Assembly (NCBI RefSeq): GCF_006345805.1
Contig: NC_043001.1
Coordinates: 95,232,001 to 95,296,000, forward strand
Length of the DNA: 64,000 bases
Source: Octopus sinensis
Lineage: Eukaryota
Reading direction: 5' to 3'
Of this stretch, positions 41,485-56,725 are shown piece by piece (position 1 is the stretch's first letter; every line of letters begins with the position of its first letter). The notes beneath the pieces are model-generated. The model saw nothing but the letters and a program-made list of their open reading frames with translations. It had not been told where the DNA came from and made no database searches. A program made the position numbers and the translations under genes.

Positions 41485-43097
41485 TTTCCAAATGAGATAA
41501 AAAGCCAAGGATGTCCACAGTTTAGAACATTGATAAATGCACGTGTGTGTGTTTGGGTGTGCATGTGTGTGTGAATATAATATTGATGTTACCATAAATA
41601 TTGTTTCAATTCCTATGTATATTATTGCTCCTAAGCAACATATGTGCAGCAGGAATCATATGCTGCACTAATCATCAAAAATAAATCAATAAATAAATAA
41701 ATAAATAAATGCATATCTTTGGTTTTTGGGAAAGGTTTTTAGCATTAAATATTGTCAGCATCATTCAAATCGTTGAAAGTAAATGTCTTATTTTCAGGAT
41801 TATATTCATCGTAAATTCTCAAGTTTGGCATTATCAGTAAACGTTCGCTGAGCACTGTAAAGCATTTGCATTATATTTGTTTAGTGTATTGGAATATGTC
41901 CATGGTAGAAATGCACCTTGAAAGATGTAGCCGAGAAAATCGACACCTTTAATTTTATCAACCCTGCTGCTTATTCTATAGGTCCCACTATTACTAACCT
42001 TTTAAGTTATGGAGTCGTTTGCGAAACAACACCGATTCACAAACCTAGAAGTTGAACTAAAAATTGAAGTTTCCATATTGTAATACTCCAGCTCTTTGTT
42101 TTACTCTTTTCCTATATTTCTGTGGTAGTTGTTACGACTGGTTATAAGACATTGAAATATAATTGAGTACTACATTCTAAATTGCATAAGTAAAATTATC
42201 TAAACAAATTAACGCTTTCAGTCGTAACAATTAGCGATGTCATGAGCAAAAATATAGTGTACACTAGTCTTTTGTGAACAAAGTTATTAGTGATAAAATT
42301 AGTCTTCTTACTTAGTATCATGGGTGTTGCTTTCTATGTAAGAAGAGTATCAGACCTAAACAAGGTTAATTCAAAACAGCATAAATGAAATTATTCATTC
42401 CCTCAGAACGAGCTCTATATATCAGGTAACTAAATGAAATATAAATATTACATATTTTTATTTCTCGTAGATATTCGAGATAAATATTTAATTCATGGAA
42501 ATTTACAGAGATGCGTTTATAGAAGAAAGAGAGATTGAAGCAAGAATCAGCTCTTACGTTTAATGTGTTTCTTATGAAGAGACAAGAAGTTCTATAAATT
42601 GAATATGATCTTTTATTAATTATTTCTTAAAATCAAACGAGAAATTCGAGTTGTAAATTGCACATTGAAATGTGTTTCTTTTCTTTCTCTTCCAGTTTTT
42701 ATCAGAGATGAATCGATAATCTTATAAACACACTGATGTTAAATAGTTATTAACTTCTTTTCTTTGTACAGCGACTACTATCACAATTTCCATACCTCAG
42801 TATCATTAATCTTTCTATATATCTGCGTCTTTATATTTCTTATCGCTTTGTATATTCCGATTCTGTCGTCTGTTGTACAGTACACAATGACTGAATATTT
42901 ACACACACTAAATTAATAAACAAAATCTTTGATCACACTATTGATTCGAATATAATTACATCAGGTCTGAAGCTGTCATGAACAAAGTGTATATTCTATA
43001 CACAGACGCTAAGATACACACACACATATTCATATATATATATACATTCATATTTAGTTATTATGTATGTGTGTACATATACATGCATAAATAAATG

Positions 43098-43148
<51 letters not shown>

Positions 43149-43159
43149 TATATATATAT

Positions 43160-43268
<109 letters not shown>

Positions 43269-43704
43269 ATGGAGACAGTGATAGGATGAGTAAGCCGATA
43301 TTTATTAATTTTATATAAGGTGGTAATTCGTGTAATACCAATTAGCAATTGTTTATTGCAATAATTTTGGATACAGAAATAAATATTTACAGGCGTACAA
43401 ACGCAACGCAAGACCTAAATACCAACTAGGCATCACAGGCGAGTCGAAAAGCTTATCATTATTTTGACACGCTTCGCCCCTTTTAAATACTTGCGTTTAT
43501 TCTAACCTATATATGTTAAGCATAATTAAAAATTCATATTAATTCAATAAGTAGAATTATCCATGAATAGCAAAAGCAAAACTGCAATATTTTATTGATA
43601 ATGACAAAAACGAAGGACATTTACAATTATAATATTAATAATTACTGTCTGGCTTTGCAGGTGTTTCATAGACACACGTGTGTGTATACATACATATACG
43701 CAGT

Positions 43705-43813
<109 letters not shown>

Positions 43814-43854
43814 GTAATATATAAATATATATGCATATATATATATAATATATA

Positions 43855-44105
<251 letters not shown>

Positions 44106-44864
44106 ATATATATTTAACAAGAGATGGATAATATATCAATTCACTACAGCTGTTTTTAACGAAATTTTTAGAGATGAATGGAGACTTTAGATCACGAGAA
44201 ACTTCTGTGTTCATCAGGTGAATGCATGAGGCATAGCATTCATAAACATTGAAAAGCCAACCGGGTGTGCAACGCCATTATTCTACGATCCTTGCTGGTC
44301 CCAGAGTGAATTTATTAGTTCAGTTTCGTAATATTATAGGAGAGAAAAAAGCAATGCCATGTGCGGATAGGGGTTAGCGATGATTTATAGCGATGATGGA
44401 GATTAGACGATGGCGTAGGGGGAATCATATACTGAATATGAAAGAAACTAACTCGAAAACATAGATTAGTTTATTTTATATTCTATTTCTATTCAACAAG
44501 TGATTTTAAAGCTAAATACAAATATAAGGTCACCAATAAATTTATATATTTACATATTTGACACCCTTCTATATGCTCCCTTTATTATGCAAGGAGGACC
44601 ATAAAATATTGATTCTACGACAGGGGAGAGGAGAATGAAAAGTAAGGAATTGAATCCTTCAATAAGATGTGAAATATCCAGGTACACCGGTTTATTTATT
44701 TTTTTATTTATAAACATTCCTTCAACTTTAATAAATTAATATAAGTATTCATTGGATGATACGTTTTCACTTATTTCTTAATCCTATGATTTGGATAACT
44801 TAAATATTATATATATTTTTCATATATAATTATATATATATAAACATATATATCTTTATGCTTC

Positions 44865-44896
<32 letters not shown>

Positions 44897-44973
44897 ATTT
44901 ACATATGTTTATGTGTGAGTATATGTATGTATATATATATATATATGCACATACACAGACACACACACACACA

Positions 44974-45056
<83 letters not shown>

Positions 45057-46111
45057 ATTTTCTTTGATTGCTTTAATTTGTAATGTAATATAAGAAATTA
45101 TTTTAATTTATATTATTATTTTGAAAATACGGTTTTTAATTTGTTATAAATTTTATATTCTAGATTTTAATTTAGGTTTTTTTTGATATTTTGTAATGGA
45201 AAGAATTTTCCTCCAATTATTCTCTGGCTTGTTTTGATTGGTATCTATAAGAGAAACCATTCTGCTTTACTTGACAAAAGACATTTGTAAATAAACGATA
45301 TTCTTTACGTTTAAAATTATATTATTAACTTTGAATTATTGTATTGATTATGTACTAGTGGATAATATATTGGTTTTTAATTTTGCAATTAGTTGACTCC
45401 ATAAGTCATGCTAGTTAATGCTTTGTATAGACTGCAATTGAAAATGTCGTTAGCAAGTATTTATAAATTGTGAAGTGTCATTTGAATTGACACTGAAGTG
45501 TATTTATATATTTTTTCTGTTTTTGAGTGGTCAGGCGTTCGGTTAATTTCTTTCTATCATTAATTTAATTGCTTGTTTCTTTCTGGCCTATTGTAATGGT
45601 CTTTATATTTTTGTTAGTAGACCCCATTCATTCCAATAATGAATTCCCGAGGAAAATACTCATTTGTGATTTTGTTTTGTTTTGAATTAATTAGGCTTAG
45701 AAACAACATGTAGATTTCTTATTGAATATATGTAACAACTTGGGATAACTTAACGTCTATACTTCTGTTTTTCTCTTTCCTTATATTAGGAACTACATTT
45801 ATGTTTCAAATTCATTCATACTCTTGAATGTCATGCGTGATGATGTTCGTCAACCATTTTCAATTTCAACGAAAGAAGTTCATTGTTATTACCGCAAGAT
45901 AGACTGCGATTGGTCGAGGACAGTCACGCAGTGTCGTGGTTTGAACTTGCCATATAGTTAACAGTTAATTGGAAGATACTGCATGTTGAAAAGGAACACG
46001 TGGAGGACAGGAAATCGACCACTTGGTGATTAGGCAATCGGCCAGTTGTCTAGGAGGCAGTAGGAAGGAGTGGCATGTGCATGTATATGGTTCTATCGAT
46101 ACACAACCATG

Positions 46112-46370
46112 TGTCCTCTAGAAGGATCTTGCCTCTCAAGAGATGTATTATTTAGAGCCACCCTTACACCATCTGATAGCATCACTAGGCACTAGGACAG
46201 TTAATTACTTCAAGGGAAGATACTCTCATAAGAGGAACTCGTTCAAATCCTGGGACACAAAGAACTCTACTTTCCTGTCGGTTTTCTATGTAGACACCGT
46301 AATCTCCGAGATGAGATACCCATTATCGACAGAGCGTCACCTTATTCACCCACCGCTCCCTACTGCATAT
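46112..46370 (+). pseudogene. Penelope-like element GIY-YIG endonuclease remnant
   Basis: CPLEGSCLSRDVLFRATLT / YFKGRYSHKRNSFKSWDTKNSTFLS / IIDRASPYSPTAPYC match the PLE pattern CPLxGxCL..VIYKA..FKxRYxNHKxSF..ST.LS..WxIIxxAxPY; frameshifted. Confidence 0.72.
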
Positions 46371-46999
46371 TCTCCAACAACCCGTAGTATCCATCAACAT
46401 GAAATACGATTGATCGTATTTCTGTCACCAGAGATATGCCCTTCTGGCAAATGTCAGGCCCCTGACTGCCGACAACCTGGATATACTACATTAGCCCTAG
46501 ATGTTATTCTGCACAGCCTGCAGCAAGTTCACCGCGTACAACCAACCCTATGAGCAGGACCGCCAATTACCAATCCCCAACGCTTGTTTTTCCGCGTGTA
46601 CACTGAAGCTTGCGCGCGCGGGTATACATAGCCACGGGCATGCGTGTGTGCACGCGCACTGGCATGCATGTTTATATACATTCAAGTACACGAATATACA
46701 TATCAATGAATACCCATGTGTGTGTTTATGCGTGAATGTGTGTACATGTGTGCGCGTGCACGCCTGCCTGTTCGTCCAAGCTTATGTGCATGTGTATTTG
46801 TGTGTGCATCTGGGTGAAGACCACGACACAGTATGAAATTCCTCGACTAGTCGCAGCCCACATTACGTTAATAACAATCACCATCTGTCATTCAAATTCA
46901 AAATGGCTGAAGACTAGCATCACGCTTGAAACTCAATTGTAACAGGAATGTGTATCAAACTGTTTTGATCCATATACATACATATATATATATATATGC

Positions 47000-47120
<121 letters not shown>

Positions 47121-47439
47121 TATATTATATATATATATATAATATATATATATATACATATATAATCAAAATATATATATATGATCAAATACACAGGAAG
47201 GAATTACAACCGTGTTTCGTGGTCTGCTACCACAACAGCTCCTTTATAGAATCCAGTTAGCTCCTGACATCATCAAAAGGAACCACGTTCTGTTTCGGCC
47301 CTTCTTCCTTTACCGTTTTGACGTGGCGCACCAACACCCGCCCACCCTTCCGGAGGTGTCTTCAGCTCCGGTGTTGGCTGCATGTCTCCTTTCTTCTTCT
47401 TTCTTATGTTCACTGGCCTCTTGGATGTATCGTCAGCCG

Positions 47440-47524
47440 GTGACTGACTGACATGCCAAACTGCCCCCTATAAATATCTGCCGCTAGGCTCCAGCAGTCA
47501 TACCCAGAAAGTTGTCACGTGACA
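47440..47524 (-). promoter_or_regulatory. Candidate core promoter (E-box, TATA, Inr)
   Basis: Palindrome TTGTCACGTGACAA at 47511-47524; minus-strand TATTTATA at 47475-47468; TCAGTC with its A at 47445, 30 nt from the TATA start. Confidence 0.35.
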
Positions 47525-48104
47525 AATACTTGCTTTGAAAACAATAATACACTAAGTTACGAAGGAAACATCCAAGTCACAAATATTTTGTTTGAAATTC
47601 TACAAGCAGCATTAATACTTTATGTAATTGGAAGAATTCAATAAATACGTATTGTCAACATAATGCGGTGTAAATTGAAACTAAAGTCCATATATTCCCA
47701 GAACATCCCTTATATTCGAAAAAAGAGCAAATGATGTCTGAATTGAATGCGTGCTAAAAACTTCATCGACTACCAAAAGACGCAGCTACATAAAAATGTA
47801 CAAACCTGAACACAGAATAGAACTGAACGTATAAAAAGTATACAAACATCAATGTGGTAGAAATTCTGATAATAGATTTATAAATAGAAAACACAAAATA
47901 AACTATAGATAAGTGAAAACCATATTTTGCTCTCAAAAATTTAATAATAATCAGTTGCTGAATAATTAAGCTATCGATAGTCAGTTTCAATGTTGTGAGA
48001 AATATTTTCTAACAATGAACAACTCAAATTATAAAAGTGTCTTGTCAAATAAAACAAAATGTTCGTCCGGTGTCAGCAGTTCAACCAAGTGTTGATGAAT
48101 ACGA

Positions 48105-48146
48105 CGATGACTACAATGTTGATGGTAATGATGATGATGATGATGT

Positions 48147-48183
<37 letters not shown>

Positions 48184-48217
48184 AATAATAATAATAATAA
48201 TAATATAATAATAATAA

Positions 48218-48248
<31 letters not shown>

Positions 48249-48258
48249 AAGAAGAAAT
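48105..48258. repeat. Compound (GAT)n-(AAT)n-(GAA)n microsatellite
   Basis: Direct reading. Confidence 0.95.
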
Positions 48259-48262
48259 TCTT

Positions 48263-48529
48263 GAAATGAGAATGCATGGAGTGTTTGAAAGGAATACACA
48301 AGAACATTGATGATAATAGAGAATCGTGGGCATGGCTTCAGCGAAGTGATCTTAAACGTACCACCCATGAAAGATTGCTGTCTTGAAAAAGCATCCTTAT
48401 TGGGTACAGCTCACATCTTAAGGCAAGTATTATCTATCTCAGATCTTTGTTGTGACTTCAGAGATTACTAAATTCTCCAGTGCATTTTTAACAACACAGT
48501 GTTAATAATAATAATAAAAAAATAATAAT
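48263..48529 (+). mobile_element. Internally deleted Dong/R4 fragment with (TAA)n tail
   Basis: EMRMHGVFER..SWAWLQRSDLK joined to EKASLLGTAHILRQVLS; 3' UTR TTGTTGTGACTT shared with copy 2. Confidence 0.75.
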
Positions 48530-49099
48530 CCTTTTTTACTATAAGCACAATCGTATTAAGTAGGCATACATAGACATTCTGTGATGTTTTCTGCTAAGCG
48601 ATGCAAAATATCGAATAATTTCTACATATGAAGCACTGATTAAAAATCCTATGAATATACCTCATGTAATGAATATGCTTTCTATAAAAAGAATTATACT
48701 TCCTATTTAAAAAGAAAAAAAAATTATTTGTGATAGCAGGTAGGTGAACAGCCAAGCAGATTGCTGTCTAGATTATGTAGCTGCACAGTTGCTATTCCGA
48801 GAAAGAGAGAGAAGAGAGAGGGAAGGAGGGTGAGAGAGAGACGGACTCATAAAGAGAGAAGGAACATAAACTTCAAAAATTTATGGAGACAGACTTAAAG
48901 TCATGGGATTTCAACTAATAAAACGATAACAAACTCAAAAGGAACAATTAAACCAGCATGACTAATAGAATGACACAACCATGTCAGGAAAACCTGACGT
49001 AATAAATGGCAAATGTTTTATCATATCAAAAATTACTTATTGCAGAAAACAAAATGCTCCCCCAGACACGCGTTCATAAACATACACACACACACACAC

Positions 49100-49163
<64 letters not shown>

Positions 49164-49186
49164 CATACATACATACATATATATAT

Positions 49187-49235
<49 letters not shown>

Positions 49236-49693
49236 CAGACACATACTGATATAATAAAAGCATAAATTACTGAGTAAGTATGACGTCGTTTGATTAGTCA
49301 TTCATACATGCGCACGAACGCATTCAAGCACATGTGCACGTACGCACGGCACACGCATAAATAGACACACGCAAGTACTCATACACGCGCACACAAACAC
49401 ACACACAGTAATTCGATGAATACACTACAGAAATTATTCAAAGTAAGAGGAGAAGCGTTGCTACTAGAATGCAGACAGCTGTCTTGCTTGTAATACAAGC
49501 TAGTAAATTCGTACGAGATCATATTTAGATACACAAAATACATGGCATATAGAATTGTAAATAGTAATAAATACATCTGGTTATACATACAGGAAAAATG
49601 TTTACAAATAACTGTGCACACATATATACATCCTGCAAAATATTTCAGCACGCTAGCACCACGGATACTTGTGAATGTTACATACGTGATGGG

Positions 49694-49727
<34 letters not shown>

Positions 49728-50009
49728 ATATATGCACTTTATTATATCAAAGGGTCATCAGAAATATTTGAAATTTCCATTACCTCTGGGCTAGCGTGTA
49801 AAAACGTTAGTCAATAGACTATATATTATTCATATAAATACAGTGTACATTTAAACTCATAAGAGACATCCATCATAAGATTCCTTGCACACTAGAGAGG
49901 ACTGTTTGAGATAAAATTTCGAAGGGAATGAAAAATAAAAAAAAATCCCCTCTATGTCCTGGAACAATATTTTCAGACTTGTTTAGCAAATAAAAGATTT
50001 TGCTATGCA

Positions 50010-50047
<38 letters not shown>

Positions 50048-50526
50048 TCCTTTAGCATCGGTGATAAGGTATATATAAGAATGTACAAAAACGAGAAACG
50101 TTTCTGAGAAAGAAAAATTGTAACATACGTAGGGAGAATGATGTATGGTGTAAGAAGCAGAAATGGAATGGAAAGAGGACATAGAAATCAGCTTACGTAA
50201 AGATTCATAGAATTGGAACTAACAAGAGTAGAAATACCGATGCAATCGCCATATGACACTTTTCAGGTCCCAACAACATTACGAGAGGTCGAAACCATAT
50301 ATAAAATAAAAGGAATAACAATGAATTTTTAAAAGTAGCACCTAAGAAGAAAAGATTTTGAGAAAATATGAAAAAAAATAAAGTGATGTTGTATAGTTAA
50401 ACTGTACACTCCACCCGGTAAAAAGGCCGAGCGGTTCGCAGACACTGTTTAGAGAGCTTTAAAGAAAGCTACAGGACTACACGTACTTCCGATCACTCAG
50501 TGTCGCAATATAATTACTATATCAAA

Positions 50527-50740
50527 GCAGCGAGCTGGCAGAATCTTTAGCACCCCGGCTCAAACTCTGAGTAGTATTTCGTGAGTCTTTACGTTCTGAG
50601 TTCAAAATCCTCTGAGGTCGGCTTTGCCTTTCATCCTTTTGGGGTCGATAAATTAAGTACCAGTTGCTTACTGGGATCGATCTAATCGACTGGCCGCCTC
50701 CACAAAAATACCAGGCCTTGTGTATAGAGTAGAAAAGAAT
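50527..50740 (+). mobile_element. SINE family B full length, tail type 1
   Basis: GCGAGCTGGCAGAATC head, GAGTTCAAAATCC B box, GCCTTTCATCCTTTTGGGGTCGATAAATTAAGTACCAG central domain (possibly Meta-type). Confidence 0.88.
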
Positions 50741-51675
50741 AAAGTTGTGTGTTGCCGTCCTTATAAAATTACGGGTGAATTTGTTACGATTTATTTTGTT
50801 TTGAATTACATAGCAATCCTTGAAATATTTTGCTGTAAATAACGTTACTCTTCTATAAAGATAGCACGTATTCTGCCTGTACATATTCTAAATATTCTAC
50901 TACACTATTCGAAGGAATCTCGATTGATTGGCACAAATAAAGTAATAATTATTTGAAATATTCTGTAGAATTATTCGTGAAGTACTGTCATCGAGTGCGT
51001 AGCCTACTAACTGTGTTATTATAATATATATATATAATTCTCTTAGACGATTAAAATAAGTATACAAAATGTAAATTCAATTGTTTTGCTTATTAATACA
51101 AAAACAAGTAATTCTTTAAGATGTCTGTATTAATATATATATAATATTTTACCTGTATGGAAAATACAGAAACTAAACGTGAGATGTCTATCTTCAGATA
51201 TTTTTATAATTTGTTATATAATAAAATAGGAATGAAAGATTACGAAAATCCGTCTTTCGAAAGATTTAACATCAAAGATTAGAAAACTAAAAAAAAAGAG
51301 GAAGCCAAAGAACAAAACGAAGGAACTGATGAGAATGAATATAAAAATGAAATCATATAAGCCACCATTTTATTTCAAAGCATGCATAATCTTAAACACT
51401 CGTATTATGTTGTATGCGTATGTAGATAGAAGCATAGGGAAGGGATTAAAAATAATTCATATGAAGGGGAAACGCTTGCCTCAATATACATCAGTTCCAC
51501 ATATAGACATACATACATTCATACATACATATATACATTCATTCATTCATACACATAAACATACACACACATATATGTCTCTATATGTATGTACGTATAT
51601 ATATATTATATATATATATATATTTATATAAATATGTATGTATATATATCTATCTTCTGTCTATCTATCTATATC

Positions 51676-51735
<60 letters not shown>

Positions 51736-54439
51736 ATATATAATATATATATATATATATCTATATATATATATATACATAAAAACGTTTATGAATATAT
51801 AGAATTTGTGTGCCAGTTTGTGTATCTTACCGTATGTGTAACGGTTAGTTTGATTGATGGTATATTTTGATAGTGTATGTATGTGCGCTCATAATTATTT
51901 TTCCAAATATAGGTGTATAGAAAAAATATTTCATTATATCTACATACGTACAGAGGTATGCATCTTCATCGTAATATGTAATTGCCTTTACAGATGAATG
52001 CTTATCAATCTACATTATTGTATATATTAATATTATACATTACACAATATCTACAGAATTTTATATTCTGTCATTCGTATGTAAATACGCATTCACAACC
52101 CTTTTTCATATCATTGTACCTGTAGCGGAAATAGGGAGAGAAAGATGGGAATGTCAATGGGAAATACATATGTAAGGAATATCTGTATACATTAGTTAGG
52201 AGAAAGTAATTAGCGTAGTTTAGTTTGAGTATTGAGTTTTTGTAGAAATTTTGTATTGAGTACTTGATATATATGGTTGCCTAGAAATATCAATAATATA
52301 TTATATCATATTTAAATATTGTAAATATTGATATAATTCCCTATTTGCCAGTCACAAATACCTGAAGGAATCCAAGTATCTAATCATCGAAAGTTAAGTC
52401 AAATATTTAGACGGAAAGAATATATTAACGATAATAATTCTGTAAGTTTCCTATTTACCATACCGGGCAAAATCACTTGACATAGGTTTAGCCATATATA
52501 AATGGGTAAAGATTCCTTAAATTCAGGTTGTTCTCTCTAACAAATATACAGGGATTCGCTTTATGTAGTACTACAGGTTTGTTTTGCGTTGTCTGTTAAG
52601 GGAATATTATTCCGTAAATGACAACGATCTTCTTTCTATACACTCTTTACTAACAGTTTATTGAACTTACTAGGCGCGATTCTACGAGGGCTAATATATT
52701 ATTTAAAGGGAATCAGTTCGTACCAAATATACGATATTTTTTATGATGATATCACCAATAAGCTAAAAGCATCAACAAACTGCTACTTCCTATCGCATTT
52801 GGGAAAGAGTTGCAAGTCTATGTAAGGAAATATCCCTTCATTACCAAAAATGCTTCTGGAATATTTATATAAAGTCAAAAGGGGCATCAATTAATCAAAG
52901 TAAACGCTTTACAATCATAGCTTATCTATGCACATCCACTGTTAAGCAATGTCAAAGAAAATGTGAGAATGTGGTGATTTGATGCGTTATAGAAAAGTGA
53001 CCGTTCACATTTAAACATAGTAATTCAGCGATAAAACTGAATATTTATCGTTTCCATTATCTTAATTTGCTGATGATGCTATGACAAACTTAATGCAATA
53101 AAGATCAATGAGATCGGACAAATCTAAATATGTTTAACATCAAATAATTTCAAAACAAACATACTTGTACTTTCACAAATTTGTTCAAATAACAAATGCA
53201 AATGATACTTTTCAGAGAATAATTTACATTATCGAATTAAAGTTAATCACTACCAAAGTCATATCCTTGGGTCTCAGTAAATGAATCATTTTAAGAAAAG
53301 CTATTTCAATGCAAGAAATCTTGTACAATGCCACACAATTTATACATTGCAGCAGCGATATTTTTTATGTCTCTAATTTCATCATGATCCTAAACATTAA
53401 ACAGATAGAAAGTGCAACTCTGGAATCGGAATTTCCAAGTGTGGCAGAGCTCATAACAGGTGAATATAGATGAAAGAATTTCTTTTAAACAGTTAAATAT
53501 TTAGCGAAGTTGAATTGCGAGTAATCATAAAATACAAAATATTAATCAAATAGTATAAGACCTCAATAGTTGATATAATGAAAGAAAACCGATATTGGTA
53601 CTCAGCAATACTCTTGTAAATAAAACGGATCAATAAAAGGAAAATAATTACTAAATGTCTTTGCTTAGAGAGAACCAAAAAAAGAAAAGTGATTCAACAT
53701 AATCCAGAATTTGAATAGAAAAATGAGATGCAGACCGGAAAAAGACATCCCGTAGAAAAAAATGAAAATGAAAATTAATGTAATTTCATTTATATTAATG
53801 CAAATTAATTTCTTCATATTCACATATGTATCTACTGTCTCTCACCTATAAACTATATGATATATATATACATACATATGTTTTCAACACCTATGCATAT
53901 CATTTCAGATATGAAGGTATTCACTATGGTAATACATTGGTGCACCTACCGTTTATCGGTATATTCTCAGGTTATCTGGATCAACCGCCGAAGCAGTGTC
54001 CCAGCCAGTCAGCATCTCGACGAGGCATTTGCTCATTGTCCAGGAGCATGTTGAATGTGGCCGACTAACAACGGTCGTCACTCCAGCCGGATCCTTAAAG
54101 ATGAGACACGATACGCAGGATCCACCTCGAAAAATATTACAAATGAACATTCTAACGTTCGGCTTGAGTAATATACAAGGATGAGGAGGAATCGGAGAAG
54201 TAACTATTTCATAGGATATGTGTTACATGGATATGAAATCCTGTCAATAGAAACAGAATGTTGCAAAGTGTCCTGTTACCAAAGGAGTTCATGTGGTTCC
54301 AAAAGGTGACATACACTGTGCAAGTTTCGCAACTAGATTGCAAAACAAGGACGAACAGAGACATGGACATCCGAAACCTTCTCTTCTACTTTGATATCGG
54401 CCGTGCATAATACTCTTGTCACGTTAGGCCACAACTGTC

Positions 54440-54535
54440 CCAGCAAGTCATTGCAAGACACCGGACACTGCACCTAATAGTACTATGGATCACACTGCCG
54501 AAATATGTGAATCGGTCAACATCAACATTCTTAGT
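54440..54535 (-). mobile_element. LINE RT C-terminal micro-fragment
   Basis: VDVDRFTYFGSVIHS resembles the VxxFxYLGSxI motif. Confidence 0.4.
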
Positions 54536-54794
54536 TGCAAAATAAAAAAAAAAGAAATTCATTTTGTAACGAAAGAGAGACTGGATCTTTGTCGTGTCCC
54601 AAAACACGCTAAGGCCTATTGGATCCACATTCTCATTCAGATAAATGAGACCACATTTGACACCATTGAAAAAGTCAACAAGAAAAGCCGCACCATCTGC
54701 AACATCCAGGTTACTAATCCTACTTTCACCAATGAACTCACCATGATTCCCTCTACATATCCAGCATTGTATCTGTTATGTCGCACTTTCGGAT

Positions 54795-54923
54795 GCCTGT
54801 ACTACTCTACTCTTGACTACTCTACTGTCTCTCTGTTCTAGTAGGAACTCTGACGTTAAGGCTTTTTCCACTATAATTACGTATTGGTCTAGTGTACTTC
54901 ATCGTCTGGGGGCGTCCACACAA
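54795..54923. repeat. Unclassified dispersed repeat, copy 2
   Basis: Matches 28420-28559 in the same orientation. Confidence 0.7.
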
Positions 54924-56639
54924 CAGTATCCATCACAATTTCACCTACAGAAGATAAACATATATACACTCGCATAAGTAATTTTTTTGAAACAAAATAC
55001 TTTGTAAAATAAAACGAATGTTCCTCCGATGAAGCAAAACTGAATATATTATTCGGATAGTCAAAAATCAAAGAGTTAGTATCATCGTACACGCAGGTGA
55101 TTCCTTCTGAAGTATAGAAGAATCGAAGCAAGACAAAAATTTAGGTGTAAAGCAACATCTGAAATAGTAATACATTAAATGTCTTTACTTTTGTAAAAAA
55201 GACTTTAAAAGATATTTGTCAGAAATATGCTACATTGCCTGGAGCAAAGTAAAGGAAATGCATCTGCATTTGTCTATTAATAACTGGTGAAATATCATTG
55301 AAATCGTGATCATAGAAAACATAGAACTGGCAACAGACGAAAACAAAACGACGTCTACGAAGTTCTTCCTTCTTAAGATACATTTTTAATTACACTAAAT
55401 GACTCAACACATTATACGTACATTTAGCAAAATGTACATTCTTTGAAAAAGGTATTCATACAAAGCCAGGAATCATTTACTGCTATTGTACTCTATATCT
55501 CCAAGTTGCAGTCAATACACTTAGACTTACTAGTTTATTTGTACAGAGTATAAACATTCCTGTAAATATGTGAGTATGTGTTGCTATTAAAGCTATACTT
55601 ACTATTTTCCACCAAAAAAGGCATCCATTAAAATTCTTCCTTTGTATTTCAATGCTATAATTTTTATATAGCCTATATTAATATTCATAAATTTATTCAT
55701 CTTTATACTTCCTATGCCTATTTATTTGACCTCAGACATTTCGTTTTTCTATTTTAAATTTTAACAATACTTCACAGATTGTTCTCATTTCTTTTCTAAT
55801 CTTAGCCGAAATGTATTCTTATCAATTAACAGATGTGGCTAGTTAAAACGTATACTGCAGCATACCTTAAAGACAATATCTGGTAAAGTTTCCTTTTGTT
55901 CATGAAATTCTCTTGGTAATTAAATTCTGCCGAATATATGCAGGAAAATTCTTTGGGTAATACGAAAATTCAATAGAAATGATTCTTATTAAATTTTCTA
56001 CTTCACTCAAATTACATGTGTAAGGCAATAAATGTGATAAACATAATGTTGCGCATAGTACCTATATATATTTTTTTTCAACCGAAAGGCAAATATATAT
56101 ACGTCACTAAAGCGACTAAGCGCGCTGAGCAGCAGTGATATCGTTAGAGATAAGATTCAAACAACCCCTAGTCAGGATAACCGTTATCTTAATGACTGAT
56201 GAGGGAGGCAAGATAACCAGTCATTACACATTTACATTAATGCTCTGACGTTAATGCATAAACGGCAAAAGCTATTTTCTGCCCACCTTGGCGTGACTTC
56301 CTTTTGAAGAAATCGTAATGTTTTCTCTTTTTTTTTCTCTAACTCACTATCTAGATAACTCTAACTTCCAGCTTGCTCCCGTGTTTTTCCGGTAGCCCTA
56401 AACTGACACCAGATGAACCAACTAGCTCGTGTGAGTAGTCACCTGCCACAAGGTTTTCTTCTTAGGCAACGACCAAAAATGAATTGAATAACATAAAATA
56501 ACACCTCTACAAATTAGCTGTGCGAACCACTACACTGCCCTTCGGCTCTTTTCAGTCTCTCATCATCTACAACTAAATCTACTTTCAAAAATTCGTCGTG
56601 TTTACTGTCTTCCATCTGTACCTCTGTCTCGCAGACACC

Positions 56640-56725
56640 CCCTTTCTTTCTTTCTTTCTTTCTTTCTTTCTCTCTTTGTTTTTTTCTCTCTTTCTTTCTT
56701 TCTTTCTTCCTTTCTTTCTTTCTTT
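56640..56725. repeat. (CTTT)n microsatellite
   Basis: Direct reading. Confidence 0.9.

Noticed and set aside
47195-47440. Hammerhead-like pieces on the minus strand (CTGACGA, CTGAAGA, TTGATGA...GAAAC)
   Set aside because: No arrangement gives stems I, II and III in register
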